Positions 34,333 through 44,946 of a DNA stretch of 64,000 nt are shown one piece after another (position 1 is the stretch's first letter; each line of letters opens with the position of its first letter). The notes beneath the pieces were generated by a model. The model was not told the DNA's origin, ran no database searches, and saw nothing but the letters and a program-made list of their open reading frames with translations. The translations under genes were made by a program, and so were the position numbers. The DNA is from Mayamaea pseudoterrestris. Its lineage: Eukaryota. The stretch is taken from assembly GCA_027923505.1 (NCBI GenBank), contig BROI01000007.1:124001-188000 (forward strand). Direction: 5' to 3'.

Positions 34333-35058
34333 ATGAAGCTGCAATCGTCATTTACAATCATACCAATGGCTGTTTCACTTGCCTCGGACGCGTCTGGAAC
34401 AACAAACGAGCCTACGATTAAAGGCGAGGACAAAAAGTGCAAAAGCTCGTCGGCGTCTGTGCAAATGAACTTTTCGTGCACGGCTGCACAAGTGGCTGGG
34501 CACTATGAGCTCATCTCCGGCAGTGATGTGCGTCGATGTCCTCCTAGATTCTCTCGAATGTTTGATAGTCGAAAGGATCAACCGTCAAGCCATTCAAACT
34601 ACACATGTTTCACCAGCGAACAAACGAAACAAGGACATGGCCTGATTGTTAATGTATCCTGTGAGCATCTTCGAGCATCAGAATTTGATTATAAGAACTA
34701 CAATGATGACGATAACAGCACGATTGCCACAGAACAAAGTCTTGACAGTCCATCTCCTCTGTCAACTATCCAGTTTCCTGGTGGACGACTTGTCAACGAC
34801 CTTACCAAGGAGGAGTGGCGCAACCTATATCTCAGCTCGCAACAAGCCACGAAAGAGATGCATCGGACCAACGATCATGTCTCTCACGAGAATCGCATAC
34901 TAAAACGTCAGATCATTCAGCTCCAGAAGCAGGTCAATGAGACGCGAAGAAATAATACCGTTGCATCGAGGACGACCGAGCCTTGGACCATTCCGGACCT
35001 TCCGACTCTCAAGAGACGAAGAGTCTCACTGGAGCAAAATGTCACGTACTGTGATTGA
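34333..35058 (+). CDS. Hypothetical protein with C-terminal coiled coil
   Basis: 241-aa ORF; heptads HENRILKRQIIQLQKQVNE; basic LKRRR. Confidence 0.55.
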   Translation: MKLQSSFTIIPMAVSLASDASGTTNEPTIKGEDKKCKSSSASVQMNFSCTAAQVAGHYELISGSDVRRCPPRFSRMFDSRKDQPSSHSNYTCFTSEQTKQGHGLIVNVSCEHLRASEFDYKNYNDDDNSTIATEQSLDSPSPLSTIQFPGGRLVNDLTKEEWRNLYLSSQQATKEMHRTNDHVSHENRILKRQIIQLQKQVNETRRNNTVASRTTEPWTIPDLPTLKRRRVSLEQNVTYCD

Positions 35059-35566
35059 GCAGATGAAGCTGTTGCTTCATTGTCGAAGATAGAGTTGTGC
35101 ATGACCTTTGTTCGTTTCATTTCGGTAGTGGCTTATCTACATGTTTAAACATTTTGTCATTGTAGCTTCAAGAGCTATTAGTCGACGTCGATGTTGTGCA
35201 TAACATGCTTTGTTCTTGTTGCCAAGCGAGTGGATTAGTGTCATGTGGTGTTATCGACATGAACATCCCGTTTTCGCGTTGGTCGCATGGCTCGTCCCAC
35301 AAGCGAGCCAGCCGCGTCATTACCGGTACGATGCACACATAGCCAGCGATGCAATTCACACCGGTTGCCGCGCTGCGGTACTACAAAACTGCATCGAAGA
35401 CGAGAGTCCGACTGAGAGAACCATTGCAGGCTTTTCCTTCTACAAGTACAACGAGAGGAAACGGTTGTCGAAGCTTAATCGCTATTTGCATCGAGTAAGA
35501 ATCTGACTCGCAAAGTACCCGTTCATATCCATTTGGACTTGCACGCTTGCAGAAATATACATTTGA

Positions 35567-37972
35567 ATGTCAAGCGACGCTTCTGAAACAGCGAGGCTCG
35601 GCCGAAGCATTAGTTCCTCCGGATCAGGAACTGCCGATAATGAAGCGCCGCAAGTGGATCGTCGACAGCTCATGGGTGATCGCAACTGGCAATCTGAGGC
35701 GAATCTCTTTCGAAACAATCCGTCGATTGATGCGAATGGCCAACGTTTGCATTATTCGGAAGTCCCAACGGCGGAAGAACTAGTCCGCATGCAGTCTGTT
35801 CCATCTCGCGCGAATACGACTCGCGTCTCGTTATCGCAGGCGGAACTTTGGCACTTTCACGAGAATTGGACGACTGGAAACTCTGAAGACATGTTTGGCG
35901 CGAGCTCGGTTCCGTTTGCTTCGCAGCAGCGGTCCCCGATCAAACCAAGCATTGTCCTTTCTCCACGCGTTTCTGCGTCTGGCCTTAGCTCAGCGATTCA
36001 CGATGCGGCGCGCATTACCAACTGGGATCGTGTACTGGAGTTGTGTGCGTCGAATCCACAGGATGCCAAATATTCTGGACGAGATGGCTGGACGGCCTTG
36101 CACCATGCTTGTAACCGACGTTGCCCCCGCCCGGAAGTGGTAGAGGCTTTGATAGGAGCCTATCCGGGGGCCTTGGACAAACCGGAAGAGAAGGGATGGC
36201 TTCCATTGCACTATGCTTGTCGTTTCAAGGCTCCCAAGGAGGTCGTTCGTCTACTCTTGCACATGTATCCTAAGCGCGGGTTCCGAACTGTATCGAAAAC
36301 TGATCGTCTTGGTCGCACGCCCTTATACTATGCAGTTCGATATGATGCGCCGTCTGGAGTCGTGGGTCTTTTACTCGAAGTGGATCCTTCGGCAGTCCTT
36401 GAAGAAGATGAAAACCAAGAGTCACCTTTGGCTCTGGTTTGGGATTCGTGGGCGGAGAAGCTCGAAGGCAAGCGCATCGTTAACTCTTTTTTACCTGGAG
36501 GCTTTCCTGAACCGGAGGATCGTACTGTTGAGGAAAGAGCCAAGTTGCTGCAAGAGAAACTTCGTCGCGAGTCCAAGCTTTATAAGCGCTGGATAAAAGT
36601 CAACATGCTTTTGAAGGCTGCCTTTGGGTTTACTGTGGAAGAGGATGATGCGGACAGAAAGCTGGCATCGGGCATTTCAACTGGCGACAATAGCGGTCGC
36701 GTTTGGAGAATTGTGCATGCGACTGCATCAGTCAAATGCCATCCATCGCTATTTCTCATGGCTTGCGCCTTGCACCCAGAGCAGGTTCAAGAGCTTGACG
36801 ACAATGACCTGCGTCGACCTGGAGATATTTGTCCCACAAATGGCCACACGAACCAAACTGCGCTTCATCTAGCTGCTTCGTCTAAGGAAGGTGGAGAGCC
36901 TGGCAAGACTGTGCTTCTCACGCTATTGAGCCAATACCGCGAAGCTGCTCAAGTTCCTGATGACATTGATGGCAGTATTCCTCTGCATCGAATGGTAGAA
37001 AATGAGCACAAGAAAGACTGGTCGAATCATGCAGCCATTCTTTATCGCTTTTATCCGCGAGGCGTTCAAATTTCTGATTCGAACGGCAAGCTCCCTCTCC
37101 ATCGGGCGATTACGGCAATACAAGAAGAGGAAGGCAATCCCGAGGAATGTGTCATTTCGCAGCTTGTTCGCGTGTATCCACAAGCTGCCTCGCATGCTGA
37201 CAATTCTGGCATTTTGCCGATGCATTTAATTGCCATGAACGCTTCGGAGTGGAGCAACGCGACGGATGCAATTTGCAACGCGAACCGCAATGCTGTTGCT
37301 AGTCGCTGTGGTGCCACGGGTCACAATCGCTTGGCCATTCATCTAGCCGCGGCGAGTCCTAAGTCGCGCGACTCACTCATTGCTCGCTTGATACAGCTTC
37401 ACCAACGTAGCGCTGCTTTGGAAGATGGCAAGGGATGTCTTCCTATGCACCTGGCTTGCGAAATCGGCAAGAATTGGCAAGACGGTGTTCGGGCCATACA
37501 TGTCGCATTTCCCGAAGCGGTCCGCCAGCCGGAGCGCAATGAGCGTGGATGGTTTCCCCTTCACTTGGCTGCGAAGGCAGGTGGACCATTGGAGCTCATT
37601 ACTAAGCTAATTGAGCTATTCCCAGAAGCTGCGGAAATTGCTGACCGCAACGGGCAATACCCGCTGCATTTAGCTTGCCAGTCTGGTATGAAGTGGAGCG
37701 AAGGCCTTGAGCTGATTTTTGAAGCAGCGCCCTATGTCATGACAGCGACGGATCACAAGGGCCTTCTTCCATTTCATCATTCTACCATGCGCGTGTGCGA
37801 AGTAACACGCCAAGTGGAGCGTGAGCACGACGATAATGGCGAAGACGAAGTAACGCACGGCGAGATCAATCCTAATAGCGAATTGGACGATGAAGCTAAG
37901 GCTGTTGCAGCCCAGGAGACGAACAATTTGTACGAGATTCTCCGAGCCGATCCCTCCGTTTTAAAGCTTTAG
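35567..37972 (+). CDS. Ankyrin-repeat protein
   Basis: Repeated GWTALHHAC, GWLPLHYAC, GRTPLYYAV, GKLPLHRA, GCLPMHLAC, GWFPLHLAA, GQYPLHLAC. Confidence 0.9.
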   Translation: MSSDASETARLGRSISSSGSGTADNEAPQVDRRQLMGDRNWQSEANLFRNNPSIDANGQRLHYSEVPTAEELVRMQSVPSRANTTRVSLSQAELWHFHENWTTGNSEDMFGASSVPFASQQRSPIKPSIVLSPRVSASGLSSAIHDAARITNWDRVLELCASNPQDAKYSGRDGWTALHHACNRRCPRPEVVEALIGAYPGALDKPEEKGWLPLHYACRFKAPKEVVRLLLHMYPKRGFRTVSKTDRLGRTPLYYAVRYDAPSGVVGLLLEVDPSAVLEEDENQESPLALVWDSWAEKLEGKRIVNSFLPGGFPEPEDRTVEERAKLLQEKLRRESKLYKRWIKVNMLLKAAFGFTVEEDDADRKLASGISTGDNSGRVWRIVHATASVKCHPSLFLMACALHPEQVQELDDNDLRRPGDICPTNGHTNQTALHLAASSKEGGEPGKTVLLTLLSQYREAAQVPDDIDGSIPLHRMVENEHKKDWSNHAAILYRFYPRGVQISDSNGKLPLHRAITAIQEEEGNPEECVISQLVRVYPQAASHADNSGILPMHLIAMNASEWSNATDAICNANRNAVASRCGATGHNRLAIHLAAASPKSRDSLIARLIQLHQRSAALEDGKGCLPMHLACEIGKNWQDGVRAIHVAFPEAVRQPERNERGWFPLHLAAKAGGPLELITKLIELFPEAAEIADRNGQYPLHLACQSGMKWSEGLELIFEAAPYVMTATDHKGLLPFHHSTMRVCEVTRQVEREHDDNGEDEVTHGEINPNSELDDEAKAVAAQETNNLYEILRADPSVLKL

Positions 37973-38463
37973 GTACACATTGCGTGTTCGAATTGGATTA
38001 CACGGTCGAACAGCTATATACCTACTGGTACGTAGTAGTTCAGATCGCTGTCAGCATGAAATTACAACGTACTTTGTATGGCACTGCATTGTATGCCACT
38101 AATTGTTATATGTTCTATCACTGGCGATTTGTTCAAACTAATGTTATACCGTAGCTATATACAAGTACCTCGGAATTTTCGGCGTCGCCGGCCGCTGCGC
38201 TTGGTTCGTCGAAGTGTTTTAACACGACTCATAAAAGCTAAGCTAGTCCAGATTCGCCATTCGCTGGTGCGACAATTTCGAAACGGCGCCGCCAGCGCCG
38301 CGCAGATGCGTGAAGAGAGCCACTGGACGAGGCAGAACCTTTTTGCATGCAGTGACACTCGTAGTTGCATCCTTTAAAGCATATACAGTCTCTTTCACCA
38401 GTATTGCAAATCATTGCATCTTGCGAGGAACAAGCTCACGCATTTCAATAAGTGTCGCTGTGT

Positions 38464-39639
38464 ATGCTCCCACCCTTTTTCGCTTCGACTGCAGCCTCCT
38501 TGATTGCACTTTCCATCTCTCGCTCTTCGTTTGCCTTCTCCACCATCGCAATGACTAAGGTTAATTTACTTGACTTGGCGTCTGCAGCAGTCGCATGTAC
38601 GGTGACAGCCTCTCACTCAATTTGCAAGATTTCTGCCCATCATGGCGACAATGGCGACTCGAAGAATACGAGACTCAAGCCGGATGGCTCATTTGTTACA
38701 GACGCTGACTTTAAAGCGCAAGGTGTTATTGTCCAGGCAATTCGGTCCGTATCGACAAATGTTAGAATAGTCGGAGAAGAAAGCGAAGAGGAGATGGCGT
38801 CGCACATTGAAGAGGGATTTTTGGACGACGACATTTTGGCACGGACGCGTGAGGAATTGTATTTGCGTGTCAGCCAACAGGAATCGCCTGACCAATTTCC
38901 CCTAAGCGCTGCGTCTTTGAACAAAGCGTCAAGGCCAATCACCTTTCCTGTAGATTCGGAGGTGGATGTCTCGCGGGTTTCGATCATCGTTGACCCGCTG
39001 GATGGAACCAAGTCGTACGCCAACGGAGACTATGACTGTGTTTCGATACTTATTGGAATTGTTGTCGACAACGTACCAGTCTTTGGGGTGGTGGGTAAGC
39101 CATTTAGTTATACTGGTCTCTCTCCTATATTAAAGACGAGCTGTGTGACAATTTACGGTGGTTCACTGTGCAACGGAGTTTTTGTGGCTGGCCAGTCGGA
39201 ACCAATCAAACGGACACCTCTTAATGCTGATGCCGCATTGATCGATTTGCCACGCGCAGTCATCTCTACATCCAGGTCGGAGGGAGTCGTTCACGATTTT
39301 TGCATTCATCTTGGTGAAAAGGGTCTCGTTTATCCGGAACCAATGATGTGCAGTGGTGCCGGAGAAAAGTCGCTCCGACTCATTTTACAGCGTAGAAACG
39401 AGGCTCTTTGGTTCTTTCCCAAGGCAGGTACGTCACTCTGGGATGTAGCTGCACCGGATGCGCTGCTGCGGGCATTGGGAGGCAGAATGTCGGACAAGTT
39501 TGGAAATGACATGGATTACAGCAAACCTCGCGAGGAAGCCGAAAACACGGACGGCGTGGTTGCATGCATTGATGCGGAACTTCATGCCAAGTGTATTCAA
39601 TTGTTTCGCGAAGGGGATTGGGATGGTAGAAGCTTATAA
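38464..39639 (+). CDS. Inositol monophosphatase / 3'(2'),5'-bisphosphate nucleotidase family, probable plastid leader
   Basis: FVTDAD, IVGEE, DPLDGTKSY, WDVAAPDALLRALGG; leader ...SSFA-FS. Confidence 0.88.
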   Translation: MLPPFFASTAASLIALSISRSSFAFSTIAMTKVNLLDLASAAVACTVTASHSICKISAHHGDNGDSKNTRLKPDGSFVTDADFKAQGVIVQAIRSVSTNVRIVGEESEEEMASHIEEGFLDDDILARTREELYLRVSQQESPDQFPLSAASLNKASRPITFPVDSEVDVSRVSIIVDPLDGTKSYANGDYDCVSILIGIVVDNVPVFGVVGKPFSYTGLSPILKTSCVTIYGGSLCNGVFVAGQSEPIKRTPLNADAALIDLPRAVISTSRSEGVVHDFCIHLGEKGLVYPEPMMCSGAGEKSLRLILQRRNEALWFFPKAGTSLWDVAAPDALLRALGGRMSDKFGNDMDYSKPREEAENTDGVVACIDAELHAKCIQLFREGDWDGRSL

Positions 39640-39831
39640 TTCTAGCAGTGCTTAAATGCTTAGATAAAGTACTCTTCTTTACGAAAAAACGTGCCAGCCA
39701 CATAAAGTTTTTAAGGCACGACAATAACTTCTAAATACGGACTAAAAGATTTCCTTGTAAACATTTATCAATATATCATGAATCACAAAATAATTATTAG
39801 ATTCAGAGCCGCTCCGTTCAAAAGCTGTCCC

Positions 39832-41232
39832 TCAAGCTGTGTAAGCCGACACGTCATCTGAATCGCTGTCTTCGTCTTCGTAAGATGTTGCAATCTCAAT
39901 GGAGACTACTTGTTTTGTTTCCGATGCATTTCTCGCCTTAAATGGCGCAGGCGCGGCGCTAAACATTGCCAGGGAATCCGTCGGTTCGACTAGGCTGTTT
40001 GAAGGCGAGGTGCGACGCTTGGCGGCGTTGGAAAAATCACGTCGAGTTGTGGAATGCAGGGAGGTTGTAATGCCATGTTCTGCATTGGATTGATGAAGCA
40101 ATCGGAGCTCGGCTTGAAGGCGCTTATTAGGCGTTGCAGGTCCTGTAGCTTCGTCAGCAGAACGGCGTTTCTTTTCGCGCTGAATCTTTTTACCATGAGC
40201 AGCTTTCGCTTGTAACATCCGCGACCCATTGTCTTTTGACAAAGCACTTGATGGTAGAGCAACGAGTTGTGACGTGTGTGAGCGCGCGAGTGACACATGT
40301 GACTCATCCATAGTCGCACCTCGCTCTCGCGTATCTCTCTGAATCGACGGCGGCAAATTGAGCAATCCCATTTTTAATGAGTTAGAAGTATTAAAGGGTA
40401 CTTTATTCAACGAAGGCGCATAACTTTCTCGCGTCGAGTGCCTATCTTGCAATCCATCCCAAGTGCTGCGAGCTTGAGCATTCCCAACGATTGAATGACT
40501 GGCATGATTGGAAGCCAAGCGATCATTATTTTCGAGCCGCAAAGATTGTATTTCTTGTTGCTGCTTCTCGATTGTCTTTTGTGCGTCCGCCAATTTCAAT
40601 CCATTATCAGAAATCATGTTCAGAATGGCCGTAGAGCGTTCCTTTTGCGTTTCAATTTCCAATTTGAGCACGGAGTTTTCTGCTTCAAGCATGTGAACTC
40701 TCTCAAAGTCTTTGGCGGTGTATGACTCCCCAGATAACTGAGTCTTGAGCTCATCAATGAAGCTCTTTAGCTCAAGCGTGTCGGATTCGTAATCGCGAAC
40801 CTGCTTGGACAGAGAGGCGACTTCTATATTTCGTTTCTTTATTGCCGCTTGACATCGAGCTAGCTCTGCCTCGCGTTGGTCAATCCATCCTCGCAAATCC
40901 TCTACTAATTTTTTACTGCCCATGAGTTCTGCCTTTATCGCTAGCAGCTCTTCTTGAAGTCTCTGGCTTTCTTGAGTGATGCAGCCTCCTCCGCCACTGC
41001 CGCCGTACATTGCCATGAGTCCAACTGGTAGTCCCGGTTGAAGATTGTCGCTTAGTCGACCAAGGCTATCTGTGACCCCAGTCACTCGCGCAACGACTTT
41101 TCCGTCGGCCTGTCTATGATACTGGACATGTGCTTTCTTGGGAGCTTGCTGCTGATGCTGTTGGTCGCTGCAATCGTTCTGACGGACGCGTTGCCAACCG
41201 AGCTTCGGTTTTGGAATGGAATAGCGCGGCAT
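39832..41232 (-). CDS. Hypothetical coiled-coil protein (likely ATG 41232)
   Basis: Long ORF with an extended E/Q/K/L heptad region and low-complexity C-terminus. Confidence 0.65.
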   Translation of the reverse strand: MPRYSIPKPKLGWQRVRQNDCSDQQHQQQAPKKAHVQYHRQADGKVVARVTGVTDSLGRLSDNLQPGLPVGLMAMYGGSGGGGCITQESQRLQEELLAIKAELMGSKKLVEDLRGWIDQREAELARCQAAIKKRNIEVASLSKQVRDYESDTLELKSFIDELKTQLSGESYTAKDFERVHMLEAENSVLKLEIETQKERSTAILNMISDNGLKLADAQKTIEKQQQEIQSLRLENNDRLASNHASHSIVGNAQARSTWDGLQDRHSTRESYAPSLNKVPFNTSNSLKMGLLNLPPSIQRDTRERGATMDESHVSLARSHTSQLVALPSSALSKDNGSRMLQAKAAHGKKIQREKKRRSADEATGPATPNKRLQAELRLLHQSNAEHGITTSLHSTTRRDFSNAAKRRTSPSNSLVEPTDSLAMFSAAPAPFKARNASETKQVVSIEIATSYEDEDSDSDDVSAYTA

Positions 41233-41576
41233 TTTCAAAATGTCACAATGAGGCAATTTTACGCGTGCAACGTAGAAGCAATGGCGACAGTGGAAGACGA
41301 TGAAAGGAATCGCTGAGATAATGTTATACAAGTAGCTCGCTCGTGATAATGCGCAACGCACCGCGAGCGATGATGCCAGGGAGGTCGATAAAGAGCTGTC
41401 CGACCGTGACTCAATATCAATCATACTTCAAGACATCGTACCGGTACTCATCCCTCTCGTGCACCCATGGGAGAACTCCCTCGCATGCACCGGTAATACC
41501 GACAGTACAGTACTATACTACCGTGTATATCCGATAGAATACTGTTTTTTAAAAAACCTTTGCTGGCAATGATTTA

Positions 41577-42668
41577 TTAGCAACTTTGATGAAGAAAACG
41601 AATCGCATTCCGTGTCGTCAATTGTGCAACACTTTCAAGCGTAATTGGTGCAACTTCATCGTGGCATACGCCTTCCGTTCCATCGCCCTGCTCGGGTCGC
41701 AGAGCCCATGTCAAGTAGGCAATAGCACCGGATGTCCCTGCTGCAACATGTCTTTGGATATGCACATCCGATTCCGCCAACAGTCGTTCGCTTGGGACGC
41801 TGCGGATTGCTTTGGCGCCTTGTCGACGCGACTTTTCGCTTGACGATCCACAATAGTTGATATTATGGGAGAACCCAAAGTATAATAAGGGATGCGTAGC
41901 TTTACGGTGGAGTGAGCTTTCCCAGTGTAGCAGCTGCTGTACGTGATGAGCGGTCCCAGTGAAGGAATGGAGGGCGATAGCTGAAGGCAGACAATCGTCG
42001 TGTTTCCTTGATGACGCCGTCAAATCGTTAAAAATTTGCAACATGACACCCTGCTGATCCACACAGTGGACTGATACAGGCCTTTGGTATTGGGCTGCCA
42101 ATTCAAGCTGCCGTTTTAAAACGATTCGTTGCAGCTCGAGCGCTTGCGTCTTGCCGCCTGAAAACGTTCGAACAAACTTTGCATGCTTACAAAGACCGAT
42201 CTCACCGACCAGAATACATGGATGTCGCTGAAGCAAAGCTTCAAGGTCTTGTAGCCATGTAAACTCTAATTCATTGTTGTCGTCTAGAAGCTGATCAATG
42301 TACCACGGATGAACTCCAAGTGCAGCGCGTCGGAATTTTGATTGACTAGCATACTCCAAGCACCCTTGCCAATCGCTTGGTGAGACGGCACAACTTACAA
42401 CTACCATCTGATTGTCATCGAATTCACCATATAGCTTGTGCGGCGCATACTGAGACGTGTCCACGACGTTGCCTTGGTCGAGGTGAGCGTGACAATGTGT
42501 GTCGATTATAGGGACGTTTCTGGTCTGAAGTCTATGTAAGGCAATGGTAGGTGAAATGCACTCCGTATCTTCCGAAATCTGAGTTTCTGAATTTAAAACT
42601 ACATTAGGCGGTAGAAAATGCTTCTCGGAAAGAGTGAAGGCGCAACAGGGGCATCCGATCGACGCCAT
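41577..42668 (-). CDS. tatD: TatD-family DNase / amidohydrolase
   Basis: IIDTHCH, ALGVHPW, VGEIGL, PVSVHC, HSFTG, LLAESD; start 42668 (alternative 42722). Confidence 0.88.
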   Translation of the reverse strand: MASIGCPCCAFTLSEKHFLPPNVVLNSETQISEDTECISPTIALHRLQTRNVPIIDTHCHAHLDQGNVVDTSQYAPHKLYGEFDDNQMVVVSCAVSPSDWQGCLEYASQSKFRRAALGVHPWYIDQLLDDNNELEFTWLQDLEALLQRHPCILVGEIGLCKHAKFVRTFSGGKTQALELQRIVLKRQLELAAQYQRPVSVHCVDQQGVMLQIFNDLTASSRKHDDCLPSAIALHSFTGTAHHVQQLLHWESSLHRKATHPLLYFGFSHNINYCGSSSEKSRRQGAKAIRSVPSERLLAESDVHIQRHVAAGTSGAIAYLTWALRPEQGDGTEGVCHDEVAPITLESVAQLTTRNAIRFLHQSC

Positions 42669-42855
42669 GGTGGTAAAAAGCGAAAAAAATGTGTGACAAG
42701 CGCGGGCAGGCGCGGCTCGCAAAACCGATGCGAGTCAGTGGGATCACCAACCAATCTCACGTGTGCAAGCGATTCCAATTCACTATCAAATGCATCTTAC
42801 TTGCAACTTGCAAGCCATCTGTAGGTGATTCTATGCCATTTATCATCTCTTCATT

Positions 42856-43413
42856 ATGTCAGAAGGATCATTTTGGAAGCCAGGCGGCAGGAAACCGAAC
42901 AAAAATACAGCCAATCAAAGTGTAGCCTCAAAATCTCAGATTGGAAGGAAAAATTTATCGCCAGTGCGAAAAGCAGATCAAGAAGCACCTGCAACTCAGC
43001 CTAGCTCTGCAACGAGAACTGTCGGATCCAAAATCACACCGCTACGGAAGACAAAGCTTAGTGGAACGACCATGAATATGCGATTCATGTTGCGAAAGCA
43101 GCATCCACAAGATGCCGAGGCTGCAACGTCGAACGAGGCAGCAGCAACAACTGCGATTATGCCGATGGACGTCGACGGTGCTACAGATAATAAGAAAGCT
43201 ACGACACAACCTCAAATTGAAGAGCGGCCATCTGTATCACGAGTCCATGGAGAAGAGACTGTATTCTTGAATGTATTGGGGCGACGCTCGTTTGGAGGTT
43301 TTAATCGACATGCTGAACATGCATGGACTGAGCATACGGCCTTTTACGGAAGTTTATTACAACGAAAAGGTAGTTCGGATGCTAAGAAGAAACGAAAACG
43401 ACTTGCCAAATAA
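42856..43413 (+). CDS. MPP6: M-phase phosphoprotein 6-like nuclear exosome cofactor
   Basis: LSGTTMNMRFM and GRRSFGGFN motifs; basic C-terminus. Confidence 0.7.
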   Translation: MSEGSFWKPGGRKPNKNTANQSVASKSQIGRKNLSPVRKADQEAPATQPSSATRTVGSKITPLRKTKLSGTTMNMRFMLRKQHPQDAEAATSNEAAATTAIMPMDVDGATDNKKATTQPQIEERPSVSRVHGEETVFLNVLGRRSFGGFNRHAEHAWTEHTAFYGSLLQRKGSSDAKKKRKRLAK

Positions 43414-43555
43414 TGTTTGTGCTTTAAGATTTCAGTATATGTACAGTGATTTGTTGAGCTAATCGTCGAACCATTCAATCGGACTTCCGTTGTTCACTTT
43501 AGGCGTGCATAAAAGCTTTGCGAGAACAACTACCATTGGGATCACGCATTTACTG

Positions 43556-44554
43556 TCAATTCCTCCTTTTTTCATTGAGAATACCATGTTCGTATAGTTT
43601 GGCAATCGTCTCGTCCGCGTCGCCGCGATGGTGGATGAAAATGCCTCCCTTCGCCATCCAAGCATCGCCCAAATCCTTGCAGTCGTCAATCAAGACGCGA
43701 CCAGAACCACTTTCGTGATGCTTATTGTGACTCCAGCATGTGATTACTTTCAACGCGGCTCGCCTACTCCTTCCATGTTTAGCAGCGTCTGCAGCTGCAC
43801 CGTCAGTGAAACGTCCATCATCCCGTGTACCATCATTCACCGACGCATGCATGTTCATGTGGCCCGCCATGTCCAAATGAGAAACCGGCAATCCGAGCTC
43901 TCGTTCGCACCAACGCACCTTTTGGGCTCGAGCGTCGTGGTAGCTCGTCGGGACGCCTGACAAAATGTCGGGCGAAAGGTGACGAATGGCGTCCCACAGC
44001 TTTTGTCCATCAGACGTCCACGGCAGGCTCTCAAAAAATGATCCCATAGATGCGACCCTGAGCCACATGGTGGGTCGATGAATATCGTTGATCTGAATGC
44101 CATGATGAACATTTGGAAATATTTTGCGAATACCGTACTCAAAATCAACTAGCACTCCATCCAAATCACAGTAGACTTGGAAGGCCGACGGTTTTGCTTG
44201 ATCTTGAACTCTTGGTTCCTGTAGACGTCGCAACAATAGTTTTTGCTTCGTCGTTTGAGTATTGGGAGTACAAGTAGTAGCTGGTGACGAGGGATTCGGA
44301 AATAAACCTGGATTTGCGCCGACGGAAGTGTCGTTACGCCATGCCAAATACGGTGTCGAGAGCGACACTTGAAGAAGAGATGATCTGGAAATTGAGCAAC
44401 TTCTTGGCTGCTTTAAAATGTTCCACGCTTCTATCGAACGTTGAGGGAAAGCGATTGCCGATTTCTGACTCACAAAGGCCTCAGCCACTAACGGCGACGC
44501 AGCCATCAAGAAGAGCTTTAGCTTGTTGCGACGACGAGTCATTGTTTGCGTCAA
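43556..44554 (-). CDS. HAD-superfamily 5'(3')-nucleotidase (NT5C)-like protein, predicted plastid-targeted
   Basis: VYCDLDGVLVDF, FFESLPW, ILSG, VLIDD; leader VAEA-FVS. Confidence 0.8.
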   Translation of the reverse strand: MTQTMTRRRNKLKLFLMAASPLVAEAFVSQKSAIAFPQRSIEAWNILKQPRSCSISRSSLLQVSLSTPYLAWRNDTSVGANPGLFPNPSSPATTCTPNTQTTKQKLLLRRLQEPRVQDQAKPSAFQVYCDLDGVLVDFEYGIRKIFPNVHHGIQINDIHRPTMWLRVASMGSFFESLPWTSDGQKLWDAIRHLSPDILSGVPTSYHDARAQKVRWCERELGLPVSHLDMAGHMNMHASVNDGTRDDGRFTDGAAADAAKHGRSRRAALKVITCWSHNKHHESGSGRVLIDDCKDLGDAWMAKGGIFIHHRGDADETIAKLYEHGILNEKRRN

Positions 44555-44946
44555 GTTAGTTACTTTTCGAAGCGGTCGATATCAACACTGTTTTGTAATT
44601 GACAGAAGGCATCTGAAACACATCATACCGGTGGGGGGTGCTTCGAGAGACCGATGGCGCCGTCGGCAAAAGGAATCGTCGACGTCGCATGCTTCGCGAA
44701 GTTGATGGTGGTGGCCGAAACGTCCTAACATCTTACCGGTATTACATCGGGATTGATAAAAACGAATTAGACACGAACCATGACGTCGGCTACTTGAACC
44801 CGATCTTTCACTCAAAGAAACGGAATGCGCGTGGTTGCAGCCCGCTCGCGTCTTTGGCCCGGTGACAGCCGTCTCGTCACGGTCTTCTCCTTCCTCTTCA
44901 AGCCTCAACGTAGCCAGAATCGTAGCATCCTCTAGACGAGATCGAT

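Noticed and set aside
38160..38345. GC-rich patch as a possible ncRNA or tRNA
   Set aside because: No cloverleaf, A/B boxes or convincing stems; position fits the promoter of the next gene.
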